DNA from: an uncultured Acidobacteriota bacterium
GTDB lineage: Bacteria > Actinomycetota > Acidimicrobiia > Spongiisociales > ZC4RG35
Direction: 5' to 3'
Length of the DNA: 64,000 bases
Assembly: GCA_963848695.1 (NCBI GenBank)
Contig: CAWKEI010000016.1
Location: 5,331-69,330 of the forward strand
Below are positions 30,595 through 40,424 of the stretch, piece after piece. Numbering within the stretch: the first letter of the stretch is position 1; every line of letters starts with the position of its first letter. The notes under the pieces are model-generated. The model saw only the letters and a list, made by a program, of their open reading frames with translations, was not told where the DNA came from and ran no database searches. The position numbers and the translations under genes are program-made.

Positions 30595-31328
30595 TCGATC
30601 GGGAGTTCACGGTCGAAGACGTCCCGGCCGTGAGGATCACCATCAGGTCGGGCCGGGTGCACGTCGAGAGCGGTGAGTCGGGCCTGGTCCGCTTCGAGGT
30701 CGACACCAGTGACCCGACGTTCGAGATTCGTCGGGCCGCCGACGCCATCGTCGCCTCCGGCGACCGGGGCGGCCGGGTGTATGTGACAGTCAGCGTGCCC
30801 CCATCGACCGACTTGGAGATCGGCACGATAAGCGGCGATGTCGACATCGATCCCCCAATCGGCCGTCTCGATGTGACCACCATCAGTGGCGAAGTCGACT
30901 TCGACGCGGCGGAGCGCCTCCACGCTCGGACCACCAGCGGCGCGATTCGGGGCAATCGGGTGCAAGGTGAGGCAACGTGCGTGACGACATCGGGGGATAT
31001 CAAGGTCTTGGAGATAGTCGAGCGCGGCGAATTCTCGACTCGGTCCGGATCGGTGGTGATCGGCAGTTGCTCAGGGGTCGTCTCGTGCGCGACGTTGTCG
31101 GGCAACATCCGCATCGACGAGCTGACCGCGCCCGTCGCCAAGATCAAGTCGATGTCGGGCGGGGTGCGGGTGGGTATCCCATCGAAGACGAGGCTCGATC
31201 TCGACGCCAACACCCTTTCCGGCAAGGTGACCCTCCCCACTCCCAGTCCGAGTCAGGAGCCGCCCGAGCGTGAGATCAGCCTCAAAGTGCGTCTCGGCTC
31301 GGGCAACCTCAAGATCGAGAGGTTGTGA
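30591..31328 (+). CDS. DUF4097 beta-strand repeat protein
   Basis: Repeated T.SG.(V/I) motifs; GTGA overlap with the RHH gene. Confidence 0.85.
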   Translation: MIDREFTVEDVPAVRITIRSGRVHVESGESGLVRFEVDTSDPTFEIRRAADAIVASGDRGGRVYVTVSVPPSTDLEIGTISGDVDIDPPIGRLDVTTISGEVDFDAAERLHARTTSGAIRGNRVQGEATCVTTSGDIKVLEIVERGEFSTRSGSVVIGSCSGVVSCATLSGNIRIDELTAPVAKIKSMSGGVRVGIPSKTRLDLDANTLSGKVTLPTPSPSQEPPEREISLKVRLGSGNLKIERL

Positions 31329-31355
31329 TTCCCGGCCGAAGTCGGCCGGCAATCA
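31326..31355. repeat. Palindromic REP-like element between convergent genes
   Basis: TGATT-C-CCGGCCGA-AG-TCGGCCGG-C-AATCA; half-sites recur at 7984, 23325, 42990 and 55736. Confidence 0.75.
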
Positions 31356-31357
31356 AA

Positions 31358-33358
31358 TCAGCCTGCGTCGGTGGCGGGGCGAGAGGAGCGGCGCAGCTTC
31401 CGGTTGAGTTGAAGGGACTCGGTGACCGGCTCCTCTTCCTTCTCGGCTTCCTCCGCAGCGGCGAGGTGGTCTTCTCGGGGCTGGGGAAGAACCGGGTTGT
31501 CCGGGTACTTGAGACGCATCGCCCCTTCCGAGCTGTGCTCCCATTTCGGGACATCGGCGAACACCTCGGCTACTTCTTCCCGATCGACGGTCTCCCGCTC
31601 CAGCAGAGCCTCGACCATTCGCTCCATCGACTCCCGGTGCCGCTCCAGGATGACCCGCGCCTCCTCGTGGGCGGCATTGATCATCTTGCGTACTTCGTTG
31701 TCGATGTTGGCCGCTACCTCATCGGAGTAGTCCTGCTGGCGGGAGTAGTCACGCCCGAGGAAGACCTCTCCGTTGGGCTTCCCGTACTGCATCGGGCCCA
31801 AGATGTCGCTCATGCCGTATTCCATGACCATCCGCCTCGCGATGGCCGTGGCCTTCTCGATGTCGTTGGCGGCGCCGGTGGTCGGGTCAGCGAAGATGAG
31901 CTCCTCGGCCGTCCGGCCGCCCAGCAGCATGGCGAGCTGATCGACCAGCTCGGAGCGGCGCACCAGGTACTTGTCATGGGTGGGCAGAGCCAGGGTGTGC
32001 CCGAGCGATCGTCCCCGTGCCACGATGGTCACCTTGTGCACCGGGTCGGAGTTGGGCAGGGCGTAACCGACCAGGGCATGACCGGTCTCGTGATATGCGA
32101 TTAGGCGCTTCTCTTCGTCGGTCATGACTTTGGTCTTGCGTTCCGGCCCTGCGATGACCCGGTCGATGGCTTCCTCGAGCTCGAGCATGCCGATGTCCTT
32201 GCGGCGACGGCGGGTGGCGAGGAGTGCGGCCTCGTTGATGAGGTTGGCCAGGTCGGCACCGGTGAACCCAGGGGTCCGTCGGGCCAGGACCCTCAGGTTG
32301 ATCTCGTCGTTGAGGGGCTTCCCCTTGGAATGCACCTCGAGGATCTCTTTGCGGCCCTCGACGTCAGGGGCGTCGACGACAATCTGGCGGTCGAAGCGGC
32401 CCGGGCGAAGTAGCGCTGGGTCGAGGATGTCGGGGCGGTTGGTCGCCGCCATCACGATGACACCACTGTTCCCCTCGAACCCATCGAGTTCGACCAGCAG
32501 CTGATTCAGCGTTTGCTCACGCTCGTCGTGCCCGCCGCCGAGACCGGCTCCGCGATGGCGGCCGACGGCATCGATCTCGTCGATGAAGACGATGGCGGGC
32601 GCGCTCTGCTTCGCCTGGTCGAAGAGGTCACGGACGCGGGAAGCGCCGACGCCAACGAACATCTCGACGAAATCGGAGCCGGAGATGGAGAGGAATGGCA
32701 CGCCGGCCTCCCCGGCCACTGCCCTGGCGAGCAAGGTCTTGCCCGTCCCGGGAGGTCCGAAGAGGAGCACGCCCCGTGGGATCTTCGCCCCCATCGCACG
32801 GTACCTGTCCGGATTCTGGAGGAAGTCCTTGATCTCTTCGAGCTCTTCTTTGGCTTCGACGAGACCGGCGACGTCATCGAAGCTGATCTTGGGCTGTTCC
32901 TTGCCCACCAGCTTGGCCCGGGACTTCCCGAACTGCATGACCCGGTTCCCGCCACCCTGCATCTGCATGAAGATGAACACCATGAAGCCGAGCAGAAACA
33001 GCCAGGGGAGGAAACTGATCAGGACTTCCCAGAAGCTCGGGGGTTGCGGGTCGGAGCTGAACTCGACACCCGATTCGCGGATCAGGGTGACCAGGTCACC
33101 CTCGGCCCCTTCGGGGTAGCTGGAGAGCTGATCCCATGCCTCCTCGGGCAGGGTGGAGCCGGTGAGGCGGCCCTGAAGCTCATTGGAGCGGGCCAGCATT
33201 TCGACGGACTGGTAGTCGCCAGCTTCGACATTGTCGATGAATTGGGACAGCTCGATGACCTCGGGCCCCTGGACCTGGTCGAACCACCATTGGGCGAGGA
33301 TGGCGAGCATGATGATCGACAGCCCGTAGACGACGAGCGTGCGCAGCGTTCGGTTCAC
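31358..33358 (-). CDS. ftsH: ATP-dependent zinc metalloprotease FtsH
   Basis: Two TM helices, [24 protein letters not shown]. Confidence 0.98.
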   Translation of the reverse strand: MNRTLRTLVVYGLSIIMLAILAQWWFDQVQGPEVIELSQFIDNVEAGDYQSVEMLARSNELQGRLTGSTLPEEAWDQLSSYPEGAEGDLVTLIRESGVEFSSDPQPPSFWEVLISFLPWLFLLGFMVFIFMQMQGGGNRVMQFGKSRAKLVGKEQPKISFDDVAGLVEAKEELEEIKDFLQNPDRYRAMGAKIPRGVLLFGPPGTGKTLLARAVAGEAGVPFLSISGSDFVEMFVGVGASRVRDLFDQAKQSAPAIVFIDEIDAVGRHRGAGLGGGHDEREQTLNQLLVELDGFEGNSGVIVMAATNRPDILDPALLRPGRFDRQIVVDAPDVEGRKEILEVHSKGKPLNDEINLRVLARRTPGFTGADLANLINEAALLATRRRRKDIGMLELEEAIDRVIAGPERKTKVMTDEEKRLIAYHETGHALVGYALPNSDPVHKVTIVARGRSLGHTLALPTHDKYLVRRSELVDQLAMLLGGRTAEELIFADPTTGAANDIEKATAIARRMVMEYGMSDILGPMQYGKPNGEVFLGRDYSRQQDYSDEVAANIDNEVRKMINAAHEEARVILERHRESMERMVEALLERETVDREEVAEVFADVPKWEHSSEGAMRLKYPDNPVLPQPREDHLAAAEEAEKEEEPVTESLQLNRKLRRSSRPATDAG

Positions 33359-33467
33359 TGAGACCTCAAGGCAGACTCCGGGGAAGACTCCGAGACCTCA
33401 ATGCTACGTGAAACCCCCGGATAGTCGAACCCCTTCTCGGGTCCCACCGACGCATCCGGCGCCAGCC

Positions 33468-33989
33468 TCAAGACTCGACGCCCATCACCCCCACGTAGGG
33501 GAGGTTGCGGTATTTGCCGGCGTAATCGAGGCCATAACCGACGACGAACTCGGGGCCGATCGGAAAGCCCACGTATTTGACCTCGATGGGAACTCGCTGG
33601 ATGCCCTCCTTGAGCAACAGCGCCGCGATCTCGAGCGACGCCGGCTTTCTGACGTTGAGACTCTTCATCAGGTAGTTCAGAGTGAGCCCGGAGTCGATGA
33701 TGTCCTCGACGATCAGAACGTGGCGGCCGTCGATCTCCTCATCGAGGTCCTTGAGGATGCGGACGACACCCGACGTCTGTGTCGATGCGCCGTAGGAGGA
33801 GACCGCCATGAAGTCGAACTCGACCGGCAGGTCGATGTGACGGGCCAGGTCGGCCATCACCATGAAAGCCCCTCTGAGCACACCGACCAGCAGCACGTCC
33901 TTGCCGGCGTAATCCTCCGTGATCTGCCTGCCGAGCTCGGCGAGTTTGTTGTCGATCTCGTCGGCGGTGATCAGGGGCTTGATGTCCAT
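33468..33989 (-). CDS. hpt: Hypoxanthine phosphoribosyltransferase
   Basis: VLRGAF, SSYG, LIVEDIIDSGLTL, FVVGYGLDY..YRNLP. Confidence 0.97.
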   Translation of the reverse strand: MDIKPLITADEIDNKLAELGRQITEDYAGKDVLLVGVLRGAFMVMADLARHIDLPVEFDFMAVSSYGASTQTSGVVRILKDLDEEIDGRHVLIVEDIIDSGLTLNYLMKSLNVRKPASLEIAALLLKEGIQRVPIEVKYVGFPIGPEFVVGYGLDYAGKYRNLPYVGVMGVES

Positions 33990-35218
33990 CCGATTCCCTC
34001 TGTGGCGAACACGGAAAGGTAGCCGTTGCTCCCGGGCTGATACCAGGCCACGGGAAGCCTTCGCTCCCCGGGCACCCAGGCGCTCTCTGCATCGGCTGCC
34101 ACCACCAGCCGGCCACTGTCTTCGAGCCGGGCTTCCAGCGTTACATCGTCCGGGAAGACGGCCGACCACAGGCCGATCGGGGCCACCCGACATCGCCCGT
34201 CCACTCGTTCGACGAAGATCTCGAAGTTCCCGACCTCATTGGCTCCGACCTCCAGGTCGACCCGGGCCGGAGTGGTCGGCACCTGCTCCATCGAGCGGAA
34301 GGTGAGCAGTGGCCCGTCGTGGGCAACAACGATCCCTCCTTCGAGAGTGACCGAACTGTGAGTTCGCCTCGCCACGGCCCAGACCTCTTCGATCTCTCCG
34401 CCAGACCCGCCGTATGGCGGTCTGATCCGACTGAGACAACTCCGGATGGCACGATCGGCCACCGGTCGAGAGACGGCGAGGAGGGATCCGAGCGGAACGG
34501 CCAGGGAGGCACCGTTGCCCACGACCGGCACCAAGGCGGCCTCATCCTGGAGGAATGCATCATCGGCATGGGCCAGGGCGGCGGACCGGGCCAATGCCTC
34601 CACGAGTCTCGGATTGAATCGCGCCGCCAGCTCCGGGATGATTTCGAGCCGCACGGCGTTCCGACGAAGGCCATGGTCGAGGTTCGACGGGTCGTCGAAA
34701 AAAGGGAGCCCGGCGAGAGCGGCCAACTCCCGGGTGTCGGATCGGCTCACACTGAGCATGGGTCGGGCCAAGGAGGCGGACCGGGCAGGGATCCCCGCTA
34801 GCCCGGTCGGGCCTGCTCCACGGAGCAGGTTCATCATCACGGTTTCCGCCTGATCGTCGAGGGTGTGCGCAGTGAGCAGAGTCTCGGCCGGCTGCAAAGC
34901 GCCGAGCAGCGCCTTGTATCGGGCCCCACGTGCCCGACCTTCGATCGAAGAACCCGACGGGACCTCGATCTCCAACACGTCGACCTGGACACCGACTGTC
35001 GCGGCCACTGCTCGAGCGGCTGTCTCCAGTTGGTTCGATGCAGGCAGACCGTGGTTGATGTGGATCGCCCTGATCGGGAGCTCCTGCCCGGCCAGCAGAA
35101 AAGCCAAGGTCGCCGAATCGGCGCCACCGGACAAAGCCACCACCAGATCCCCGGGAGGGAGCACGAGGAGCTCTCGAGTTCTCCTCGTCAGCTCTTTCAG
35201 GCGACGCGTCTCAACCAT
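33971..35218 (-). CDS. tilS: tRNA(Ile)-lysidine synthetase
   Basis: ALSGGADS, HINHGL, AHTLDDQAET, RPML, DPSN; start approximate. Confidence 0.93.
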   Translation of the reverse strand: MVETRRLKELTRRTRELLVLPPGDLVVALSGGADSATLAFLLAGQELPIRAIHINHGLPASNQLETAARAVAATVGVQVDVLEIEVPSGSSIEGRARGARYKALLGALQPAETLLTAHTLDDQAETVMMNLLRGAGPTGLAGIPARSASLARPMLSVSRSDTRELAALAGLPFFDDPSNLDHGLRRNAVRLEIIPELAARFNPRLVEALARSAALAHADDAFLQDEAALVPVVGNGASLAVPLGSLLAVSRPVADRAIRSCLSRIRPPYGGSGGEIEEVWAVARRTHSSVTLEGGIVVAHDGPLLTFRSMEQVPTTPARVDLEVGANEVGNFEIFVERVDGRCRVAPIGLWSAVFPDDVTLEARLEDSGRLVVAADAESAWVPGERRLPVAWYQPGSNGYLSVFATEGIGWTSSP

Positions 35219-36240
35219 CGCTCGGGACTCTCGATCTCCTCGAGCGTGGGAAGGCTCGTTGCCCCACGGAAGGCATAGCCGACCGTGTCCCAACCGGCTT
35301 CGCGCTCGACGACCTCGATGAATCGCTCCCCCATCTGGTATTGGTTCATCTTCATCTCGAGCCCGGTCAGGCGGAAGAACGCCGCAGTGCGCTTGTCCGT
35401 CCGTCTCGCCTTGAGGACATTGCTCATCCGACTCTGAGTGCGTAGATGCTCGCGGCCGAGACGGTCCATCACGACATGCCCGTGACCTTCGAGAAGGGCC
35501 ATGAGAGCCTGGACCTTGTCGATCACCGCGGTCTGCTCGGTCGAGGCGAAGAGGCCAAGGAGGCCGCGCTCGTCGATGACAGGCCCGCCAGAGAACCGAC
35601 GCCGTGTCACCTCGTCGATGACACGGTTCAACCGGCCAGGCTCGGGCCGGGAGTGCTCGACCAGCTCGTTCACCAGGCTCATGAAATAGTCCCGGAGCCA
35701 GGGCACTCCCTGGAACTGGGCGCGATGGGTGAGTTCGTGGAGGGCGACCCAGAAGCGGAATTCCTCGGGCCGGAACTGATGGGCTCGCTCCAGCTGCATG
35801 ACGTTGGGGCCGACGAATGCCACCACGTCAGCGTCCTCGCCGGTGGGCAACACGAGCTCATATTGACCAAGTACCCGGCGGGCAATCACCCCGAGAACCG
35901 CGGTGAGCTCCGCGTGCACCATCCGGTTGGCGAACACGGCCATGCCGCGGCCCCGAGGACCGGAAGCCTCCATCTTCTCCGTCAGCTGGCGCTGCACCGG
36001 CTCCATCAGATGGGTGAAGCTGGCCACGTTGCGCTCGATCCATTCCGCCCGACCGATCACGATCGTGGTCGGGTCGCCGGGAAGCTCGAGCCCGGTGGCA
36101 GCGGGGACGAGTTGGGAGACCTGGTCGGTCAATCGGATCATGTCGGCCTCCAGGGCCGAGCGGTGATAGGTCTCGGCGAGGGGGTAGGTGCCTGCGATCC
36201 TCCCGGCGAGACGGCCCGACCCGGACCGGCTGGAAGTCAC
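35197..36240 (-). CDS. Zinc-dependent metalloprotease (DUF2342/zincin-like)
   Basis: VLGQYE, ALHELTHRAQF, MALLEGHG, GLEMK..QY..G; conserved position upstream of tilS. Confidence 0.88.
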   Translation of the reverse strand: MTSSRSGSGRLAGRIAGTYPLAETYHRSALEADMIRLTDQVSQLVPAATGLELPGDPTTIVIGRAEWIERNVASFTHLMEPVQRQLTEKMEASGPRGRGMAVFANRMVHAELTAVLGVIARRVLGQYELVLPTGEDADVVAFVGPNVMQLERAHQFRPEEFRFWVALHELTHRAQFQGVPWLRDYFMSLVNELVEHSRPEPGRLNRVIDEVTRRRFSGGPVIDERGLLGLFASTEQTAVIDKVQALMALLEGHGHVVMDRLGREHLRTQSRMSNVLKARRTDKRTAAFFRLTGLEMKMNQYQMGERFIEVVEREAGWDTVGYAFRGATSLPTLEEIESPERWLRRVA

Positions 36241-36557
36241 TCCTTGACGATTCGGTACCGCTTCCGAACGACCCTCGTGAAGTACTGGATCGTGGTCATC
36301 ACGATGACCACCACGGCCAGGACGATCCCGGTCGGGATCATGTAGCGGTAAGTCCAATCGGGCAGCGGCTCAGTCGGCTCGGGTGTAGTGGCGGGCACGG
36401 CCGGTTCGATGCCCGAAGTGGTGGCGGTCTCCTCCGCGACTGTGGTGGGGGTCCCCTCCTCCTCGGTCCCCTCAGTTGCCACCGCGACCGACATGAAGAA
36501 AGCGGCGTGTGCGGCGATGAGAAGGAGCAGGGTCGCGATACGACTGAATCGCTTCAT
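36237..36557 (-). CDS. Hypothetical membrane protein
   Basis: Signal-like N-terminus, Thr/Glu linker, C-terminal TM with basic tail; GTGA coupling to the zincin gene. Confidence 0.65.
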   Translation of the reverse strand: MKRFSRIATLLLLIAAHAAFFMSVAVATEGTEEEGTPTTVAEETATTSGIEPAVPATTPEPTEPLPDWTYRYMIPTGIVLAVVVIVMTTIQYFTRVVRKRYRIVKE

Positions 36558-36580
36558 CTGACGCGGAGATTAGTGGGGAG

Positions 36581-36823
36581 TTAGGAGGATGCCGCTTCGC
36601 GGGCGATTGCGTCGCGGAGCCGCTCGAGGAACTCGGGCGGCACGTCCTCGGCGAGACGCTCCTTCACCACGATCTGCAGTCTGGCTTCGAAATCGAAGCT
36701 GCGGAGACACCCGGAACAATCTTCGAGATGAGCGCGGATCACCTCTGTTGTGGTGGCCTCGATCTCACGGTCCAGATATTGATAAAGGTTGGTCAGTGCG
36801 TCATCGCACTCGTGGCCACTCAT
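36581..36823 (-). CDS. rsrA: Zinc-binding anti-sigma factor RsrA/RshA
   Basis: N-terminal Cys, [12 protein letters not shown] (ZAS HxxxCxxC); coupled to the ECF sigma. Confidence 0.9.
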   Translation of the reverse strand: MSGHECDDALTNLYQYLDREIEATTTEVIRAHLEDCSGCLRSFDFEARLQIVVKERLAEDVPPEFLERLRDAIAREAASS

Positions 36824-37398
36824 GGTCGCTCCGCGCCCTCAGGCACCAGGCCTCTCTTGACTGCGTATTCCCATAACGATTTCTGCATCGCCTTTCTTCC
36901 CCGGTGCAGCCGCGACATGACGGTACCGATCGGGATGTCAAGGATGTCGGAGATCTCCTTGTATGAGAAACCTTCGAGGTCGGCGAGGAGAACCGGAAGC
37001 CGGAAGTTCTCTGGGAGGTCCTCGACCGCCTTCTTGATGTCGGCTTCGACCAGCCCGTCGAGCACCCTGTCCTCGGTGGTTCGGGCCGCCTCGGCGGATT
37101 CTTCGGAACCGATGTTGCGATATAGGTAGAGGTCTTCGACCGTGCCCAGGTCGACCTCGGAGGGGCGTCGTGACTCTTTCCGGTACTTGTTGATATAGGT
37201 GTTGGTCAGAATGCGATAGAGCCAGGCCTTGAGGTTGGTGCCTTCCTCGTACGTGTGATACGCCCGGTAGGCCTTGAGAAATGTCTCCTGGACCAGGTCT
37301 TCGGCATCTGCCGGGTTGCGGGTCATGCGCATGGCAGCGCTGTAGAGCTGCCGCGCATACTGCATCGCATCACGCTCGAAGTCGGCCTGGTCAGCCAT
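36820..37398 (-). CDS. sigR: ECF sigma factor SigR/SigH
   Basis: [55 protein letters not shown]. Confidence 0.9.
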   Translation of the reverse strand: MADQADFERDAMQYARQLYSAAMRMTRNPADAEDLVQETFLKAYRAYHTYEEGTNLKAWLYRILTNTYINKYRKESRRPSEVDLGTVEDLYLYRNIGSEESAEAARTTEDRVLDGLVEADIKKAVEDLPENFRLPVLLADLEGFSYKEISDILDIPIGTVMSRLHRGRKAMQKSLWEYAVKRGLVPEGAERP

Positions 37399-37433
37399 GA
37401 GGCGGGACGGTACAGGGTGGCGGTCGAAAAGGC

Positions 37434-38096
37434 CTAAGCCGACGGATAGGCGAGCAAGATCACGGCGCCCGCGATGAGCCCGATGATGGCAAGCAACAGG
37501 ATCGCCCACCGATTGGCATCCCCCATCAGCTTCGAGCTGATCGAGGCAAAAAACAACACCGTCGCGAACAGGACGGTTGTCAGGACGTATTCGTTCGCCC
37601 GCTGGGCCGCTTCTTGCGCGGCCACGGTGTGCTCCTCAGCGGACACCGCCAGCTCTTCGGCGCGCAAACCCGCTGTCACGACGTATTCCTCCATGGCGAA
37701 GGGGGAAGGCGGGGCATCGGGGTCTTCGAAAGGATCGAGGGCCAGCCAGGCATCGGCCGCCACCTTCAGCCGCTCGGGAAATCGCTCGTAGATGAACTCT
37801 GCGGCGTCTTCATCCTCATCGGTCCGCTCGTCGAGCCAGGCGGTGAATACGACCAGGTCGATGGATATCGCCTCCTCGGCCGAGTTGGAGGCGCGCACCG
37901 ATTCGGCCTGAGCGTCGGTGGCCTCGGAGTATCGCTCGGTCTGGATCGCGGTCCATTTGGCGCCCTGAAACCCTGACCACGCGGTGAGGACGGCGGTGAT
38001 CGACATCACGATGACAGAGATCAACTCGAAGTTGTGATTGAGCCAGTGACGGGCGGCGGGGGGCACCTCATCGAGAATCGGATCGTCGCCGGCCAC
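37434..38096 (-). CDS. Hypothetical membrane protein (DUF4337-like)
   Basis: TM-coiled coil-2TM layout, TAWSGFQ..W, TVLFA.VLFF; TAACGT -10 lies 6 nt before the GTG. Confidence 0.65.
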   Translation of the reverse strand: MAGDDPILDEVPPAARHWLNHNFELISVIVMSITAVLTAWSGFQGAKWTAIQTERYSEATDAQAESVRASNSAEEAISIDLVVFTAWLDERTDEDEDAAEFIYERFPERLKVAADAWLALDPFEDPDAPPSPFAMEEYVVTAGLRAEELAVSAEEHTVAAQEAAQRANEYVLTTVLFATVLFFASISSKLMGDANRWAILLLAIIGLIAGAVILLAYPSA

Positions 38097-38120
38097 GGAG
38101 GCACGTTACCGATGGGTCGG

Positions 38121-38192
38121 AGCCGGAGAGGGGAGTCGAACCCCTGGCCTACTCGTTACGAGCGAGTTGCTCTACCACTGAGCTACTCCGGC
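38121..38192 (-). tRNA. tRNA-Thr(CGT)
   Basis: GCCGGAGTAGCTCAGTGGTAGAGCAACTCG-CTCGTAA-CGAGTAGGCCAGGGGTTCGACTCCCCTCTCCGGCT; intact, no intron, CCA not encoded. Confidence 0.96.
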
Positions 38193-38653
38193 GCTACACC
38201 CAATGGTAAAGGCGGAGAGTTCCCTGTTCCAGATGCTGTGGGTTCCCCGGTGAGGCGGATGAAGTCCCGAGCAAATCTGATCCGTTTGGCCTGACCGTTG
38301 GCGGTGGGGGCCAGACGGAGATTGAGCGTTCCTCGCCCATCCCACAACGACGAAGGGAGGTAGAAGCACTGATCCGTGGTGGCGTCATAGACCGCGATCC
38401 AGTCCACCTCGTCCTTGGTGTAGCGATGATGTACCCAGGCGGATGTGCTGGTCACCTTGGCGAAGATCACTCGGCCATTCGACGTCGTGTACTTGCACTG
38501 CACCTTCTCCAGGGCGCCGTCTTCCTTGCGGACCACGATCAGATCGAAAGGGAGATCATGACCGAAAGGGATGGCAATGCCATGGCCCTGACGCTGCAGA
38601 TCGGCCAGGATCATGGCCTCGCCGATCTCCCCTTTGGCGTTGGTCTTCCCCAT
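38183..38653 (-). CDS. PD-(D/E)XK endonuclease, I-Ssp6803I-like (group I intron-associated family), free-standing
   Basis: KGEIGE...L...G..I.IPFG.DLPFDLIV....KVQCKY...Y....VD.IAVY......YLP..L.LRL.PT.NGQ.K.IR.A.DF. Confidence 0.8.
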   Translation of the reverse strand: MGKTNAKGEIGEAMILADLQRQGHGIAIPFGHDLPFDLIVVRKEDGALEKVQCKYTTSNGRVIFAKVTSTSAWVHHRYTKDEVDWIAVYDATTDQCFYLPSSLWDGRGTLNLRLAPTANGQAKRIRFARDFIRLTGEPTASGTGNSPPLPLGVAPE

Positions 38654-38696
38654 CGACACCCTCGATGTCGAAGGTATCGGGACCGAGGGACAGAAA

Positions 38697-39734
38697 TCAG
38701 TTCTCAGAGCCGAGACCTGCGAAGAGGTTGGTGAGCACCAGCTCCCGGCGCAGATTGGCCTGGATATCGACCACCGCATCGAGGATCTTCTCTGCCGAGG
38801 CCACTGCCCGACGCGGGCTGACATCGGTGAACGACGCCAAGGGCAGATCGCTGTTGCGCACCGGCCCTCCCATCTGGAGCGAGGCAGAGTCGGTGTACCA
38901 AGAGGCCAGGATCTCCAGCCCATTGACCAGGAGCGACTGCTCTGCCCGCCGTCGTGCCCGCTGCTCACGCTCCTTTGACATTCCCTCGGCCACGGACTGG
39001 TCGACCAACGGGGCGATCTCGGCAAGGACGCCGGAGGCAAGACGCTGGCCGTCACCAGGGTGAGGTGTCACCTGACCGGGGATGGCCAGCCAGAGGTCCC
39101 GGAAGCGGGACACCTCCGGGCGATCCATCAACGCAAGGGCCAGACCAGGTCGTCCTCCCGACACCACTGCCACACCTTCGGCTGAGGCGTGGTCCATGCC
39201 CCGCGCCTCGAGTGCAGCCACCATCGTGGCTTGGGGCACCCGGCCCACATGGATAGTCCTGCACCTCGAGGCCACGGTCGCCGGGAAGTCGTCCTCCGAT
39301 TCTGCCACCAGGAGGAAGACGACTGATGCGGTCGGCTCTTCGAGAGTCTTGAGGAGCGCGTTGGCCGCCTGCTCGGTCATAGAGCCCGCTTCCGGGAAGA
39401 GAAACACGGATCGGTCAGATTCGACCGGGCGGAGCGAGGCCCTGGTCACCACCTCCCGGGCCTGGTCGACGCCGAGACTGGTAGCCCCCTCCGGCTCGAC
39501 GATGGCGACGTCGGGATGAACCCCGGCGCGGACGAGACGGCAGGACCGGCACTCGACCTCATGGTCACCGCCTGACTGGCAGAGCAACGAAGCGGCGAAT
39601 CTGGAGGCGAGCGTCCCCTTCCCCACCGAATCCGGGCCGGTGAACAGATATGCCTGAGCCGGGGCGGCGACCTCCCGACGCAGCAACTCGACCACCTTCT
39701 CGTGCCCGATCACGCCATCGAAGGAATCGCCCAT
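38697..39734 (-). CDS. holB: DNA polymerase III delta-prime subunit
   Basis: AYLFTGP..VGK, C..C zinc module, HPDV, AANALLKTLEEP, TVASRC. Confidence 0.92.
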   Translation of the reverse strand: MGDSFDGVIGHEKVVELLRREVAAPAQAYLFTGPDSVGKGTLASRFAASLLCQSGGDHEVECRSCRLVRAGVHPDVAIVEPEGATSLGVDQAREVVTRASLRPVESDRSVFLFPEAGSMTEQAANALLKTLEEPTASVVFLLVAESEDDFPATVASRCRTIHVGRVPQATMVAALEARGMDHASAEGVAVVSGGRPGLALALMDRPEVSRFRDLWLAIPGQVTPHPGDGQRLASGVLAEIAPLVDQSVAEGMSKEREQRARRRAEQSLLVNGLEILASWYTDSASLQMGGPVRNSDLPLASFTDVSPRRAVASAEKILDAVVDIQANLRRELVLTNLFAGLGSEN

Positions 39735-40345
39735 CAGTCGAGGACCTCCATGACCCGATCCACCAGGGCATCGATCGGCTTCGACCCATCGAGGAGGGTC
39801 ACACGCTCCGGCTCGGCGACGGCGAGGTCCTGATAGGCGGCTCTCACCGACTCCTGGAATTCCAGACTCTCGCTGCCGATTCGATCGGGACGGTCTTGAC
39901 GACCCAGTGCGGTGCCAGGATCGACTTCGATCACGAACACCCGGCCCGGCTCAACGCCATCGAGCCCGATCTCGTTGATCTGGCGGACACGCTCCTCACC
40001 GAGGCCTCGAGCGCGGCCCTGGTAGGCAATCGACGAGTAATAGGTGCGGTCGCTGATGACCCAGGCCCCCCGTTCCAGCGCCGGCGCCACGACTTCACTT
40101 ACCAACTGGGCCCGTTGGGCCGCGAAGAGGAACACCTCGGCCCACCGATCCACGTGCTCTGAGTCGAGAACCAGGGCTCGCACCGTCTCCCCGAGGACGG
40201 TCCCGCCGGGCTCCCTCACCTCGACCACCTCGTCGCCGGAAGAGCGCAGGCGAGCGGCAAGTGCGGCCGACAACGTGGTCTTGCCGCTGCCATCGCCGCC
40301 TTCGAGCGCAATATATCGGTGGTTACCGGGCCGTTTCCCTGTCAC
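39734..40345 (-). CDS. tmk: Thymidylate kinase
   Basis: EGGDGSGKTT, REPGGT, LFAAQR, SDR...SSIAYQG. Confidence 0.96.
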   Translation of the reverse strand: MTGKRPGNHRYIALEGGDGSGKTTLSAALAARLRSSGDEVVEVREPGGTVLGETVRALVLDSEHVDRWAEVFLFAAQRAQLVSEVVAPALERGAWVISDRTYYSSIAYQGRARGLGEERVRQINEIGLDGVEPGRVFVIEVDPGTALGRQDRPDRIGSESLEFQESVRAAYQDLAVAEPERVTLLDGSKPIDALVDRVMEVLD

Positions 40346-40424
40346 TCAGAGTGACGGTAACGGTCACCAGAGACACGAGTCGTATTGACATCGGACAGTC
40401 AGATGAAGTCAACTCTCACCACCC

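Noticed and set aside
38121-38192. Group I intron or genomic island at tRNA-Thr(CGT)
   Set aside because: The tRNA is uninterrupted and no duplicated tRNA 3' end (att site) is visible in the window
38654-39055. N-terminal extension of the 290-aa ORF containing the endonuclease
   Set aside because: Overlaps holB in another frame; the family-like sequence starts at MGKTNAKG (38653)
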